Positions 53,849 to 63,879 are shown, counted from the stretch's first letter. The stretch is DNA of 64,000 nucleotides from Thermostichus sp. DRC_bins_24 (GCA_039794845.1 JAUQVK010000115.1:44655-108654), one strand, 5' to 3'. Translations and numbers: made by a program. The notes: generated by a model from the letters alone, not told the origin.

Positions 53849-54427
53849 TCAGGCCAATTTCTTGGGAGAGAGAATCATGATCATGTTTCGCCCTTCCTTG
53901 CGGGGGGCCTGCTGCATTTCCGCCACTTCTTCTAAATCCTTGAACAGACGACGCAACAATTCTTCTCCCAATTCGGCGTGCTGTGCTTCCCGACCCCGGA
54001 ACATCACCGTAGCTTTCACCTTGTCCCCATCCGCCATGAATTGCTGGGCGCTGCGCAGACGAACGTTGTAGTCGTGCTCGCCGATGTTGTAACGAAACTT
54101 CACTTCCTTCACTTCGGCGGTGTGTTGTTTTTTGCGTGCCTCCCGTTCTTTCTTCTCTTTCTCGAATTTGAACTTGCCATAGTCCATGATGCGGCAGACA
54201 GGCGGATCGGCCTTGTCACTGACCAAGACCAAATCCAGGTCTTTTTCTTCTGCCAACCGTAACGCTTCGCGCGGGCTCATGATCCCCAACTGTCCCCCGT
54301 CGGTATCGATAAGGCGGATTTTGGGGAAGCGGATGCGCTCGTTAATGTTCGGCAGCTCTGCACGCTGCTTGCGGGGAAATCGGTCAAATGGACGTTCTAC
54401 GGCCAAGTTTTCCTCTCTATACGACAT
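53849..54427 (-). CDS. infC: Translation initiation factor IF-3
   Basis: [32 protein letters not shown]. Confidence 0.98.
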   Translation of the reverse strand: MSYREENLAVERPFDRFPRKQRAELPNINERIRFPKIRLIDTDGGQLGIMSPREALRLAEEKDLDLVLVSDKADPPVCRIMDYGKFKFEKEKKEREARKKQHTAEVKEVKFRYNIGEHDYNVRLRSAQQFMADGDKVKATVMFRGREAQHAELGEELLRRLFKDLEEVAEMQQAPRKEGRNMIMILSPKKLA

Positions 54428-54740
54428 CTACGGGACAACAAGTACAAGACGACAAAAGGGTGACACGCCTCACCCCCCAAGCATAAATCAATGAACCATG
54501 CCCACGAGGACAAATCACTGACCGGAAGGGCGGGGCATCCTCCACCTATATTAGCTAGCATTTTCGGCCTTGCTCTGGGGTTGTCAAGGCCCGCTAACTT
54601 AGAGGTTCTGCCAGATTTGGGCATCAACCACGGTAGGATGACCAGGGTGATGGTTCTGTCGAAAGAACCCAGGCTTCGGCAGAATCGAAGTTAAGAATCT
54701 AAGTTATTTTTCACCATGGTTCGCAGGGAGGGCAAAAGCA

Positions 54741-54965
54741 GTGCAGGTAGGGTTAACACAACGGGAACTAACGGAATTGACCCAAAAGTCGGTGCAACTG
54801 ATCCTGAGTGGCCGCGAGGGGGATAGCGAAGCCTTGACCCAATACAAAACCTCCGCTCAATTCCGGGCTGGGGTGCAGCTGGCTTGTGCGGCGATGGTGC
54901 TGGTTTTGGCGGAAAACAACGAGCGCATCAGCCAACAGCTGGCTAGCCTTCAGAAGGGCTCCTGA
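54741..54965 (+). CDS. Hypothetical helical protein (74 aa)
   Basis: GTG start with GGGAGG RBS; protein-like composition. Confidence 0.55.
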   Translation: MQVGLTQRELTELTQKSVQLILSGREGDSEALTQYKTSAQFRAGVQLACAAMVLVLAENNERISQQLASLQKGS

Positions 54966-55338
54966 GGTGAGTTTGGATCCAACGCCATACCCGCTCTAGG
55001 GAGGTGGGCTGGCTCGGGTTATCGGGCAAATCGGCACCCCGGCTGACCGGGGATCCCTGCGAGGGGTGATCCTTTGCCGGAAGGGCCAACCCCAACTGAA
55101 TCAAGTGGGTGCAGGCTTGGCGAACCGCAAACAGCTCTTCTTCGAGGTCAAGGCCAATCTGTTGCCTGTTTTGTTCGGGGAAAGTTGCTCCCAAACGCTC
55201 CACTGCAGCAAGGTGAGCCGGACTAAGGGGATCTTTTGGGTCTGCGGCACAGATGAGTGGTGGGAGCGGGCCACTCCTCCATAGCTGAAGCTGTTGGGGG
55301 TGAGTTAGGCGTATTGGGGGAACAGTAGCCCAGAGCAA
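54943..55338 (-). CDS. Hypothetical protein
   Basis: Fills the intergenic gap; no convincing start or motif. Confidence 0.35.
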   Translation of the reverse strand: MLWATVPPIRLTHPQQLQLWRSGPLPPLICAADPKDPLSPAHLAAVERLGATFPEQNRQQIGLDLEEELFAVRQACTHLIQLGLALPAKDHPSQGSPVSRGADLPDNPSQPTSLERVWRWIQTHLRSPSEG

Positions 55339-55577
55339 CAGCTCATGGTGGAGCTCATAGGGAGCGGGAAAACACCGGCCATACCCTTGCCCTGAAAAAA
55401 CGCAGCAGAGGTGGCAGGGGGGATTGGCCTGCCGGCTGTGGAGCAGCCCATGGCAGAATTGCTAGCCGATTGCCGGTGAATGATGAAGGGTAACTGGGGA
55501 AGAACCGGGGAAGTTCTGTGGGGGTGTTTTTTAGCAAAGGCGGCACTCTCAAGTGGTCTAGAACACAAGGGAGCCCG

Positions 55578-56990
55578 ATGAGCAGAGCGAAGGAGAAAGC
55601 TGAAATGCGCACCGAACGGGACTCAATGGGGGAGCGGCAACTGCCGGAGTCAGTCTACTACGGCATTCAAACCGCCCGTGCCCTGGATAATTTCCCCATC
55701 AGCGGCCTGAAGCCCCCGCCCGAGTATGTGGATGCCTGTCTGCTGATTAAAAAGGCGGCAGCCAAGGTCAATGGAGAGCTGGGCTGCATTCCGGCGGATG
55801 TGGCCGGGGCAATTGTGCAGGCGGCGGATGAGATGTTGCAAGGATCCCTGCGGGATCAATTTGTGGTGGATGTCTATCAAGCGGGGGCGGGTACCTCCCA
55901 CCACATGAATGTCAACGAGGTGCTGGCCAACCGGGCCTTAGAGATCTTGGGGGCAACCAAAGGCCAGTACCAGCGGGTTAGCCCCAACGATCACGTCAAC
56001 TACGGCCAATCCACCAACGACGTCATCCCCACCGCGATTCGGCTGGCAGCTCTGATGCGGGTGCGGCGAGATCTGCTGCCCACCCTAGACCATTTGGTGG
56101 CGGCGCTGGGGCACAAAGCCGAAGCCTTTCAGGGGATCCTCAAAGCCGGTCGTACTCATCTGCAGGATGCTGTCCCGGTGCGACTGGGAGATAGCTTTGG
56201 CGCTTACCAGGTGATCTTTGCCCAACACCGCCAGTGGATCGATCAAGCCAGTGAAGCCCTATGCAGCTTAGGAATCGGGGGAAGCGCTGCCGGCACCGGC
56301 CTCAATACCCACCCCCAGTATCGGCACCAGGTGGTGCAACATCTGGCGGAGTACACACAACTGCCCCTGACTCCAGCCCCCCACTTGATGGCGGCGATGC
56401 AGAGTATGGCTCCCTTTGTGCACCTGTCGGGATCCCTGCGCAACCTCGCCCAAGACTGCATCAAGTTGGCCAACGACCTGCGCCTAATGGATTCTGGCCC
56501 CAAGACCGGTCTGAAGGAGATCCAACTGCCCCCCGTGCAACCGGGATCCTCGATTATGCCGGGCAAATACAATCCGGTGATGGCAGAAATGCTGAACATG
56601 GTCTGCTTTCAGGTAATCGGATTGGACGGGGCGATTGTTCTTTGTGGACAGGCGGGGCAATTTGAGCTGAACGTGATGATGCCCCTGATCGCCCATGATC
56701 TTCTGCACAGTTTGCAGATCTTGAACAACAGCCTGCGGGTGTTTACCGAGCGCTGCCTGCAGGGTATTACCCCCTACCCAGAGCGCTGTCGTAGCTATGC
56801 GGAAGGTACCCTGGCGCTGGTCACCGCCCTCAACCCCTACATCGGTTACTTGCAAGCAGCGGAGGTGGCCAAAACTTCCCTGGAAACCGGGCAATCCATC
56901 CGGCAGATCCTCCTAGAGCGTAACCTGATGACCCCGGAACAGGTGGCTGAAGTCCTGGATCTGGAAGCCATGAGCCAAATGCAACGGTAA
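55578..56990 (+). CDS. aspA: Aspartate ammonia-lyase / class II fumarase family lyase
   Basis: RTERDSMG, GTSHHMNVNE, GRTHLQDA, GSSIMPGKYNP; fumarase specificity not excluded. Confidence 0.75.
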   Translation: MSRAKEKAEMRTERDSMGERQLPESVYYGIQTARALDNFPISGLKPPPEYVDACLLIKKAAAKVNGELGCIPADVAGAIVQAADEMLQGSLRDQFVVDVYQAGAGTSHHMNVNEVLANRALEILGATKGQYQRVSPNDHVNYGQSTNDVIPTAIRLAALMRVRRDLLPTLDHLVAALGHKAEAFQGILKAGRTHLQDAVPVRLGDSFGAYQVIFAQHRQWIDQASEALCSLGIGGSAAGTGLNTHPQYRHQVVQHLAEYTQLPLTPAPHLMAAMQSMAPFVHLSGSLRNLAQDCIKLANDLRLMDSGPKTGLKEIQLPPVQPGSSIMPGKYNPVMAEMLNMVCFQVIGLDGAIVLCGQAGQFELNVMMPLIAHDLLHSLQILNNSLRVFTERCLQGITPYPERCRSYAEGTLALVTALNPYIGYLQAAEVAKTSLETGQSIRQILLERNLMTPEQVAEVLDLEAMSQMQR

Positions 56991-57024
56991 ACAGGTTTTT
57001 GGCGAAGGGATCCCAGATTTGGAT

Positions 57025-57951
57025 TTAATAGCCCAAAATGGGATCCACCAACCCAATTAAGGGATCCCCCGCCCGAAAGCGACGTACATTCTCTTGCACC
57101 CGTTCCGACAGCATCGGGATGGCCATGGCTTCGGTATTGGCCGTGTGGGGAGTAATCAAACAATTGGGCAACGTCCAAAGGGGATGTCCATCGGGTAAGG
57201 GTTCGGGATCCGTGACATCCAAGGCCGCGCCGCGAATCGTCCCCCGCTGTAAGGCTGCCACCAAATCCGGGGTAACAATGTGACCTCCTCGGGCCACATT
57301 CACCAGCCAACAGCCGGATCCCATCTGCTCTAACTCCGGTTGGGCAATGATCCCTTGGGTTTCGGGAGTCAGGGCCAAGGCCAGGATCACCACATCGGCT
57401 CCTGCCAGGACCTGGTGCCGTTCCGGCAGGGTGACCACCCGGGTTGCACCCGCCAGCGGCTCCGCCTTGCGACGCACCACATCAATCGAGCAGTGAAAAG
57501 GTTGCAGCAATTGAATCAGTTCCTCGGTAATACCCCCAGCCCCGAAAACCACCACCCGACAACCAAAGAGGCTGGTGCCCGATCCTCTCTGCCAACTTTG
57601 GGCCAAGGCACGGACTTTCAAGTCTCGCAGACCGGCCAAGGTCAGGGCCAGGGCATGTTCGGCCACCGGCTTGGCATACACCCCCTTACCACAGGTCCAC
57701 ACATAGGCGGGATCCAACACTCCAGCCCGTGCAAAGGGCTCTACCCCCGCCCAAGGCAATTGAATCCAGCGGATCCCTTTTCCTGCCGCCAGACAGCGCC
57801 TTAGATTGGCCACATCAAAGGCATCGGCCCAGACCAAGGCTTCCGCTTCCGCCACCGGCACAATTTCCCCCCCTCCTGCCAAAACAGCCTCCCGGATCCA
57901 GGGGCGGATCCCCGTGGGTTCTACGGCAATGCGTGTCCCCTGTATGCCCAT
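57025..57951 (-). CDS. D-isomer-specific 2-hydroxyacid dehydrogenase
   Basis: GAGGI, VNVARG, LDVTDPEPL, ITPH. Confidence 0.92.
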   Translation of the reverse strand: MGIQGTRIAVEPTGIRPWIREAVLAGGGEIVPVAEAEALVWADAFDVANLRRCLAAGKGIRWIQLPWAGVEPFARAGVLDPAYVWTCGKGVYAKPVAEHALALTLAGLRDLKVRALAQSWQRGSGTSLFGCRVVVFGAGGITEELIQLLQPFHCSIDVVRRKAEPLAGATRVVTLPERHQVLAGADVVILALALTPETQGIIAQPELEQMGSGCWLVNVARGGHIVTPDLVAALQRGTIRGAALDVTDPEPLPDGHPLWTLPNCLITPHTANTEAMAIPMLSERVQENVRRFRAGDPLIGLVDPILGY

Positions 57952-58133
57952 CGTGTTGGTTGAGTGATCTCCTCCTTCGCCAGAATACTGGAGGATGCCT
58001 CCCTCAGGGTGGCTGCCCTGAACTCCCGATTGCCCCAGAAGTGTTAAGGGATCCCAAAAGGATGATAGGGAAATCTCCTTGGATCGCTAGGTTAGAGGCT
58101 GTTGCATGTGCTGAGCCTAAGGAGCACTGCCCA

Positions 58134-58229
58134 ATGACCCCTTCCGAATTGCTGACATTGGTGACGCTGCTCTTTCCGGGGATCCTGCTATCCCTGATTT
58201 TGATGGCGACCTTTGCCGCCGGTGGTTGA
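58134..58229 (+). CDS. 31-aa single-TM microprotein
   Basis: MTPSELLTLVTLLFPGILLSLILMATFAAGG*; AAGGAG 9 nt upstream. Confidence 0.65.
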   Translation: MTPSELLTLVTLLFPGILLSLILMATFAAGG

Positions 58230-58377
58230 GCCTCTCCTGACAACCGGCGTGCCAACCCGTGGCGTTAAGCGGATCCTTTGGCTAGGACTCAAGGTGGCTT
58301 GTGGGTGAGCCAAGGTAGGCTTTTGCGCAGGGATCCCGCTTGGGGTTGGGTATACCCTAGGGCAGGGAGGCAAAGAC

Positions 58378-59547
58378 ATGGTCAAAAAGACTCAAGGCTG
58401 GCTGGCGGCAATGGCTGCAGTGCTGGTTCACGGGGCTCCGGCACAAGCCCAGATGGTTCCTGCCCGTATGGTGCAAGGGATCCCGTTGTATCAAATAGAA
58501 ACGTGGGTGGCGGGCAATCGGATCCCGGTTTCTGTGGTAATGATTTCTCCTGCTGCCGGCCAGTTGCGCCCCCTGTGGGCTGAACCAACAGGGTTGGTGG
58601 GTCTACGGGAATTGTCTGCCTTCGCCGGCGAACAGGGCGCCTTGGTTGCCATTAACGGGGGCTTTTTCAACCGCAATACCCGTCAGCCACTGGGGGCCAT
58701 CCGCTTGGATGGCCGTTGGATCTCCAGCCCGATTTTGGGCCGTGGGGTGATGGCTTGGTCGGATCAAGGCTCGGTCCGCTTCGGGCGTCTGCGGATGCAA
58801 GCGGAACTGCGCAATGGCATTGGGGATCGCATCCCGTTGATGGGCATCAACACCGGCTACATCGTGGCCGGGATCTCCCAATTCACCCCCGATTGGGGAT
58901 CCACCTATACCACCCAAACCGACCATGAAACCGTCCTCCAGGTGCAAGAGGGACGGGTGCAAACCATTCTTCTGGCGGGCTTGGCGGGCAGCCTGACGGT
59001 GCCGATTCCGCCGGGGGGCTATGTGTTGGCGGCACGGGAACTGGACGGTGCTCTGGAAGCCCAGAAGCTGGTTGTTGGGGATCGCCTCAGTATTCACTTG
59101 GCCTTGGATCCGCCGGAGTTGGAAGCCTATCCCCACCTGTTGGGGGCAGGGCCCTTGCTGCTCCTAGAGGGGCAGGTGGTTTTGGATGCCGAATTGGAGC
59201 GCTTTCAACCCACCTTTCGCACCCAACGGGCCGCCCGCAGTGCCATTGGCCAGCTGGAGAGTGGACAGTTGCTGCTGGTAACAGCCGGTAATGCCCAGGA
59301 AAGCCAGGGGCTCACCCTGCTGGAGATGGCGCAGTTGATGTTGCAGTTGGGCTGTCGTCATGCCCTGAATTTGGATGGCGGCAATTCTTCTACCTTGGTG
59401 CTGGGGGGAGAAGCCGTCAATTTGGAACGCCGACTCTTGGAAGTCAGTAACCCCAACAACGGGACGGTCATCGACCCAACGGGATCTCGGCAGCGCTTGC
59501 CCCGGATTCACAATGGCTTGGGATTTTTCCCCGACCCAAGTCAGTAA
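58378..59547 (+). CDS. Secreted phosphodiester glycosidase (NAGPA/DUF2233) family protein
   Basis: Signal peptide AQA, AINGGFF, GAGPLLL, ARSAIG, ALNLDGGNSST. Confidence 0.88.
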   Translation: MVKKTQGWLAAMAAVLVHGAPAQAQMVPARMVQGIPLYQIETWVAGNRIPVSVVMISPAAGQLRPLWAEPTGLVGLRELSAFAGEQGALVAINGGFFNRNTRQPLGAIRLDGRWISSPILGRGVMAWSDQGSVRFGRLRMQAELRNGIGDRIPLMGINTGYIVAGISQFTPDWGSTYTTQTDHETVLQVQEGRVQTILLAGLAGSLTVPIPPGGYVLAARELDGALEAQKLVVGDRLSIHLALDPPELEAYPHLLGAGPLLLLEGQVVLDAELERFQPTFRTQRAARSAIGQLESGQLLLVTAGNAQESQGLTLLEMAQLMLQLGCRHALNLDGGNSSTLVLGGEAVNLERRLLEVSNPNNGTVIDPTGSRQRLPRIHNGLGFFPDPSQ

Positions 59548-59548
59548 C

Positions 59549-59640
59549 TACAGCCTTTTACGCCAAGGGCACGCTAGTGCGTTACCCCCTTCGGGCAGCG
59601 TGGCACCGGCCGTAACCTCTCTCCCGCTCTGGGAGAGGGG
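59549..59640 (+). mobile_element. Truncated MITE-like composite repeat
   Basis: TA|CAGCCTTTTACGC..AGGGCACGCTAGTGCGTT..CTCTCCCGCTCTGGGAGAGGGG, colinear with the reverse complement of 25790-25916. Confidence 0.55.
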
Positions 59641-59730
59641 ATTCAGAAAGTGTATCGCTCTTGATTGGAGTGACCATACAGACAACACTATACAGACAAT
59701 ATACAGACAACCAATTTCGCCTTTGAAAAC

Positions 59731-59957
59731 TGAGAGAGCTTGGTCAAATCCTGTCAGGGCTGCACCCCCAGACAGATCACCTCCGCCCTATCTTGCTGCA
59801 AGGCTTGCTCCGCCTGTTGGGCCATTTGCTCTTCCGGGCCGGCACCAGCTTGCACAATCGTGAGTTGTGTCTCTGGGTGGGCATAGCGACGAGCTGCTGC
59901 CTCAACAGCACGACTGACCTTATCGGAGGTGTTGGGGTTGATAATCAGCAGGCGCAT
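59731..59957 (-). pseudogene. Asp/Glu/hydantoin racemase pseudogene
   Basis: N-terminus MRLLIINPNTS is joined directly to the late segment AEVICLG; a frameshift follows, with AALTGFDQALS in another frame. Confidence 0.8.
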
Positions 59958-59961
59958 CAGA

Positions 59962-60357
59962 CTAAGCCGAGGCCAAAGACGGTTGACTGGCTTTGTAGGC
60001 GGCCCAGCCCCCGAAGTGGGAAATATCCGGCCACTGGTGCTTTTCCACCAAAGACTTGGGGTAAATCATGGCGATGGCGAGGCTGCCGTCTTCTAGGTGA
60101 ACTTGACCCGGATAAAGATGGGGAGGCTCGGAGGCCAACAGCGCCTCGTACTGCTCCGAGGTCATTTCGTAGAGTTCTCCCGCTAGAGCGACACCCCCCG
60201 ATTCCACTTCGTACACGCCGGGGTGCCAGCCGGACTCCACCGCATGCATCCGATAGCGGGGTTGGGTGCGCACTGCGCCGACAAAACGGGCACGTTCCAC
60301 ATTGGCATGATCCGGTTGGCCGGTGAGGGCAGAGCCACAGATGAAGATGCGCTGCAT
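59962..60357 (-). CDS. Stand-alone allophanate hydrolase C-terminal-like (GGCT-fold) protein
   Basis: IFICGSALTGQP, RTQPRYRM, GELYE, DISHFGGWAAY; RBS GAGGAG. Confidence 0.8.
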   Translation of the reverse strand: MQRIFICGSALTGQPDHANVERARFVGAVRTQPRYRMHAVESGWHPGVYEVESGGVALAGELYEMTSEQYEALLASEPPHLYPGQVHLEDGSLAIAMIYPKSLVEKHQWPDISHFGGWAAYKASQPSLASA

Positions 60358-60455
60358 GATTCACTCCTCAAAATCAAAAAAACAAAAACTGGCTAGACGC
60401 TGAAACGGCTCAGAGTGGGCCAGTAGGGTTCGGATCAACCTTTTGAGCCTGCAGG

Positions 60456-61151
60456 TTAGACCCCTGTGCCCCGCATGAGTTGCACTTCCCGAATCACCCT
60501 GGCTTTGCTGGCGACGAGATGCTCGCTCATGGACTGGGTGGCCAGGATGGGATCCCGTTGGGCAATCGCCTCGTAGATGCGCCGATGCTCCACCCGCACC
60601 TCCAACACCCCCGGATTGTGATGGGTGGTTTGCAGACGTAGGAGCACCATCTTGTCGAACACCTGATCCAACAACGAAACCAGCCAGCGGTTGCCGGAAC
60701 TCTCAGCCAGGAGGTGATGAAAGCGGTAATCCACATCCAAGAGCGCCTGTGGATCCTGCTCATCCAAGGGCACGCTGGTCAGTTGCTCCGCCTGCTGCAC
60801 CAGTTCCCGCATTTTTTCCAGTTGGCTAGCACTGGCCTGTTGGCAGGATCCCATCACCGACAGGTGCTCTAGGGCCAAACGGCAGTCGTACAGTTGAGCG
60901 GCATCTTGCTCCGAGAAGGTGGGCACATGCAAGCCCCCGCTGGGGCCGAGAATGAGCAGCTCCTCCCGTTGCAGTTGGCGCAAGGCTTCCCGAATCGGGG
61001 TGCGGCTCACCTGCAACTGCTCTGCCAGAACCGTCTCCACCAACCGTTCCCCCGGCGCCAAACGACCCGAGAGCACCGCTTCCCGTAAGGCCTGATAGGT
61101 CTGTTCGTAGAGAGACTCTTTGCGGGGCAGAGAACGCAATGCAGCAGTCAA
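60456..61151 (-). CDS. GntR-family regulator with FCD domain
   Basis: LAPGERL, VSRTPIREAL, DYRFH, EHRRI. Confidence 0.93.
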   Translation of the reverse strand: MTAALRSLPRKESLYEQTYQALREAVLSGRLAPGERLVETVLAEQLQVSRTPIREALRQLQREELLILGPSGGLHVPTFSEQDAAQLYDCRLALEHLSVMGSCQQASASQLEKMRELVQQAEQLTSVPLDEQDPQALLDVDYRFHHLLAESSGNRWLVSLLDQVFDKMVLLRLQTTHHNPGVLEVRVEHRRIYEAIAQRDPILATQSMSEHLVASKARVIREVQLMRGTGV

Positions 61152-61274
61152 GGGAACCTCTCACCATCAAAACGGGCGGTAGTCCTTAGCTTATCACCAA
61201 TTGGCATACGGTATACACTAAAAGCAGCCGCTGGGATCCCTCGCCTCGGCCTATTCTGAACCGGTTTTTCCATC

Positions 61275-62570
61275 ATGCCCACCCTCACTTCTTCCGCTGC
61301 CCTGGACATGGAGCAGGCAGAACGGTTGTTTGCTAGCCTGCGCCACCACACCACCGATGCGCCGGGCATTACCCGCGATACCTATGGTGCTGGAGAAAAC
61401 GTTGCCCATGACCTGATGGCCGCTACCGCCCGTGACTTGGGCCTGCAGGTGACGACGGATGCTGCCGGGAACCTCTACATGACCTTGCTCGGACGGGATC
61501 CCTCAGCACCGCAGATTTTGATCGGATCCCATTTGGACTCGGTGCCCCACGGGGGCAATTATGATGGAGCGGCCGGGGTGGTGGCGGGGTTGGTGCTGTT
61601 GGCCCGCTTAAAGCGGCTGGGGCGGATCCCGACGCGCAGCATCACAGTGATGGGGTGTCGAGCCGAAGAATTGTGCTGGTTCCCGGCCCCTTACATTGGC
61701 AGTCGGGCAGCCTTTGGGTTGATTCCCCCCGCTTTGTTGGACGAACTGAAACGGTCGGATACGGGCCAGAGTTTGGCGGAACACATGTCGGCGGCAGGCT
61801 TTCACCCGGAACGTCTCCGGCAGGGAGAAGCCCACCTGAAACCAGAAGCGATCCACTGCTACCTAGAGTTGCACATCGAGCAAGGGCCAGCCCTGGTGGA
61901 GGCCGGGATCCCGGTGGGGATCGTGACCGGGATCCGGGGCAATTTGCGCTATCGTCACTGTCGCATTCAGGGCCGTTATGCCCATGCGGGGGCGGTGCCG
62001 CGTCATCTGCGGCAGGATGCGGTGTTGGCGGGGGCTGAGTTTGTCACCCAGTTGGAGCGCTACTGGCTGGAGCAAGAACAAAAAGGCATCGATTTTGTCG
62101 CCACCGTCGGTCAGTTCAGTACGGATGCGGAACACCACACCCTCACCAAAGTGCCTGGAGTGGTGGAGTTCACCCTAGATATTCGCAGCGAAGATAACCA
62201 AGCTTTGTTGGCAACCGACCGTTACCTGAGAAGGGTTGCCGCAGAGATTGGCCAGCGTCGCGGGGTCAGGATCGACCTAGGGGAATATACCAATGCCCTA
62301 CCAGGATTGATGGATGTGAACCTGTGCCAGCGCTTGACAACCTTAGCCCAACAGCAAGGGATCCCCACCCTAGCCATGGCCAGTGGGGCCGGACATGACT
62401 GTGCGGTGTTTGCCAACCAAGGGATCCCGACGGCGATGGTGTTTGTACGCAATGAAAATGGCAGCCACAATGCCGATGAGGCGATGGACATGGCGGATTT
62501 TGCCCTGGGTTGCCAGTTGCTGGCGGCTCTGGTGGATGAGCTGATGGAGGAAGAGAAGAGCGAACTGTGA
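61275..62570 (+). CDS. M20 Zn amidohydrolase (N-carbamoylase / allantoate amidohydrolase family)
   Basis: GSHLDSVPHGGNYDG, AEE, ELHIEQGP, SGAGHD, GSH. Confidence 0.92.
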   Translation: MPTLTSSAALDMEQAERLFASLRHHTTDAPGITRDTYGAGENVAHDLMAATARDLGLQVTTDAAGNLYMTLLGRDPSAPQILIGSHLDSVPHGGNYDGAAGVVAGLVLLARLKRLGRIPTRSITVMGCRAEELCWFPAPYIGSRAAFGLIPPALLDELKRSDTGQSLAEHMSAAGFHPERLRQGEAHLKPEAIHCYLELHIEQGPALVEAGIPVGIVTGIRGNLRYRHCRIQGRYAHAGAVPRHLRQDAVLAGAEFVTQLERYWLEQEQKGIDFVATVGQFSTDAEHHTLTKVPGVVEFTLDIRSEDNQALLATDRYLRRVAAEIGQRRGVRIDLGEYTNALPGLMDVNLCQRLTTLAQQQGIPTLAMASGAGHDCAVFANQGIPTAMVFVRNENGSHNADEAMDMADFALGCQLLAALVDELMEEEKSEL

Positions 62571-62711
62571 ACAATGAAGAATATCCTTTTGGGTATGCGG
62601 TATGCCGATTGTCGTGACAACTCCAGAATTGAGAGGGCTTCCTGAGGTTTCCTGAAAAGAAAAAAGCGCCAGAAACTGACGCCTCGGAAGGGATAAAAGG
62701 AAGGGATCCCG

Positions 62712-63380
62712 TTAACTCGCCTGGGGACTCACTTGGGGAACGGTGTGGGGGCTTTTGAAGGTTTCGCCGGCTTCGGGTTTTTGGCAAGCTTGCATGGTCT
62801 TAACGTGCTCCATCTCATCATCGCGGATGGCAACGAAGACATCGTAAAGGGTGTCCATCTGTGGGCGGCGCTCTGCCGGTACCTGAGCCGTTTGAAACTC
62901 ATCGAACATATACAGGTCGCCATCTCGGTAGTAGCGAACCGCCACCTCCGTTGCCGGTTGGGCTTTCAGCTCTGCTTCGTGGCTCTTGAGAAAAGCGTCA
63001 TAGCTCTTGTAGGCGTGTTGCTCTACCAGTTCCATGAAATGATAGGCTGCGCGAGGATGCACAAGATAAATGAGGGTGATAATCCAGTAGTAGACTAAGG
63101 CCGCATGGCGGGAGAGAAAACGGTCGAACCAAACCTTATCTCCCCCCAATTCTTCCATGATCAACAGGTGATGCAGTTCATTCCAAGACTCGGCAAAATG
63201 CACCTTGAGCCAATCGGCTTTGCGCCACCAACCCAGGGTTTCGTAAAGGTGCAAAACGGAGAGGTAAGAAAAATAGGGAACTCTGGCCACCGTCTCCAAA
63301 ACATAAAACCTGGGGTAAGGCCGATTGCGGTAGAGAACATTAATGACAAAAGCCAGAATGGCAACCAACAGACGAATCAT
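62712..63380 (-). CDS. ptox: Plastoquinol terminal oxidase (alternative oxidase family)
   Basis: RFYVLETVARVPYF, NELHHL, VEQHAY, IRDDEMEH di-iron motifs. Confidence 0.93.
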   Translation of the reverse strand: MIRLLVAILAFVINVLYRNRPYPRFYVLETVARVPYFSYLSVLHLYETLGWWRKADWLKVHFAESWNELHHLLIMEELGGDKVWFDRFLSRHAALVYYWIITLIYLVHPRAAYHFMELVEQHAYKSYDAFLKSHEAELKAQPATEVAVRYYRDGDLYMFDEFQTAQVPAERRPQMDTLYDVFVAIRDDEMEHVKTMQACQKPEAGETFKSPHTVPQVSPQAS

Positions 63381-63879
63381 GAGCAATCTCCTGTGACAGG
63401 CAACAATGCGAAATACCGACAAGGCTCTCACGAGCTAGTCCAGAAAAAAGGTGTTGGCTTGGATTCTTTTGAGTTCTAGAGTCAGTGAAAACTCATTTTG
63501 TCGGATTAAATCCAATCTAGCGCTGCTGTTCGGGGCCGTGTCTTGTCTGTAACTGGTTACGATGAACATTATGCCTAAAATCTAAGCCTGACAAGGCTTT
63601 TAAGGATTCTAAGGATTCCGTTAAGAGTGCTAAAATTTCTGGTATTGTGAATGCTATTCAGGGATTTTATATGATATGTTGAGCTTTATTTCTAAACATT
63701 GCGATCCTGAATATCTGATCTGAATCGCTAGCTTAGATCTTCAGGTTTTATATTGGGATCCCTTGCTTGCATCAGAATAGATCTTCTGGCGAATTTGTAC
63801 AACACTTAGGTTGCTAAAGTGGGTATTGATTTTTCGGTTTTGACCTTGAAAACTCTGCGCACTCAACTGTATCTTCGCC

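Noticed and set aside
57729..58133. 166-aa ORF 57729-58229
   Set aside because: The upstream part overlaps the dehydrogenase antisense and is low-complexity; only the last 31 codons have an RBS.
63549..63560. GTA...TAC as an NtcA site upstream of ptox
   Set aside because: Spacer is 6 nt, not 8.
63595..63627. Pho-box-like CTTAA repeats on the minus strand
   Set aside because: Spacing is 12 and 9 nt rather than 11, and the half-sites are poor.
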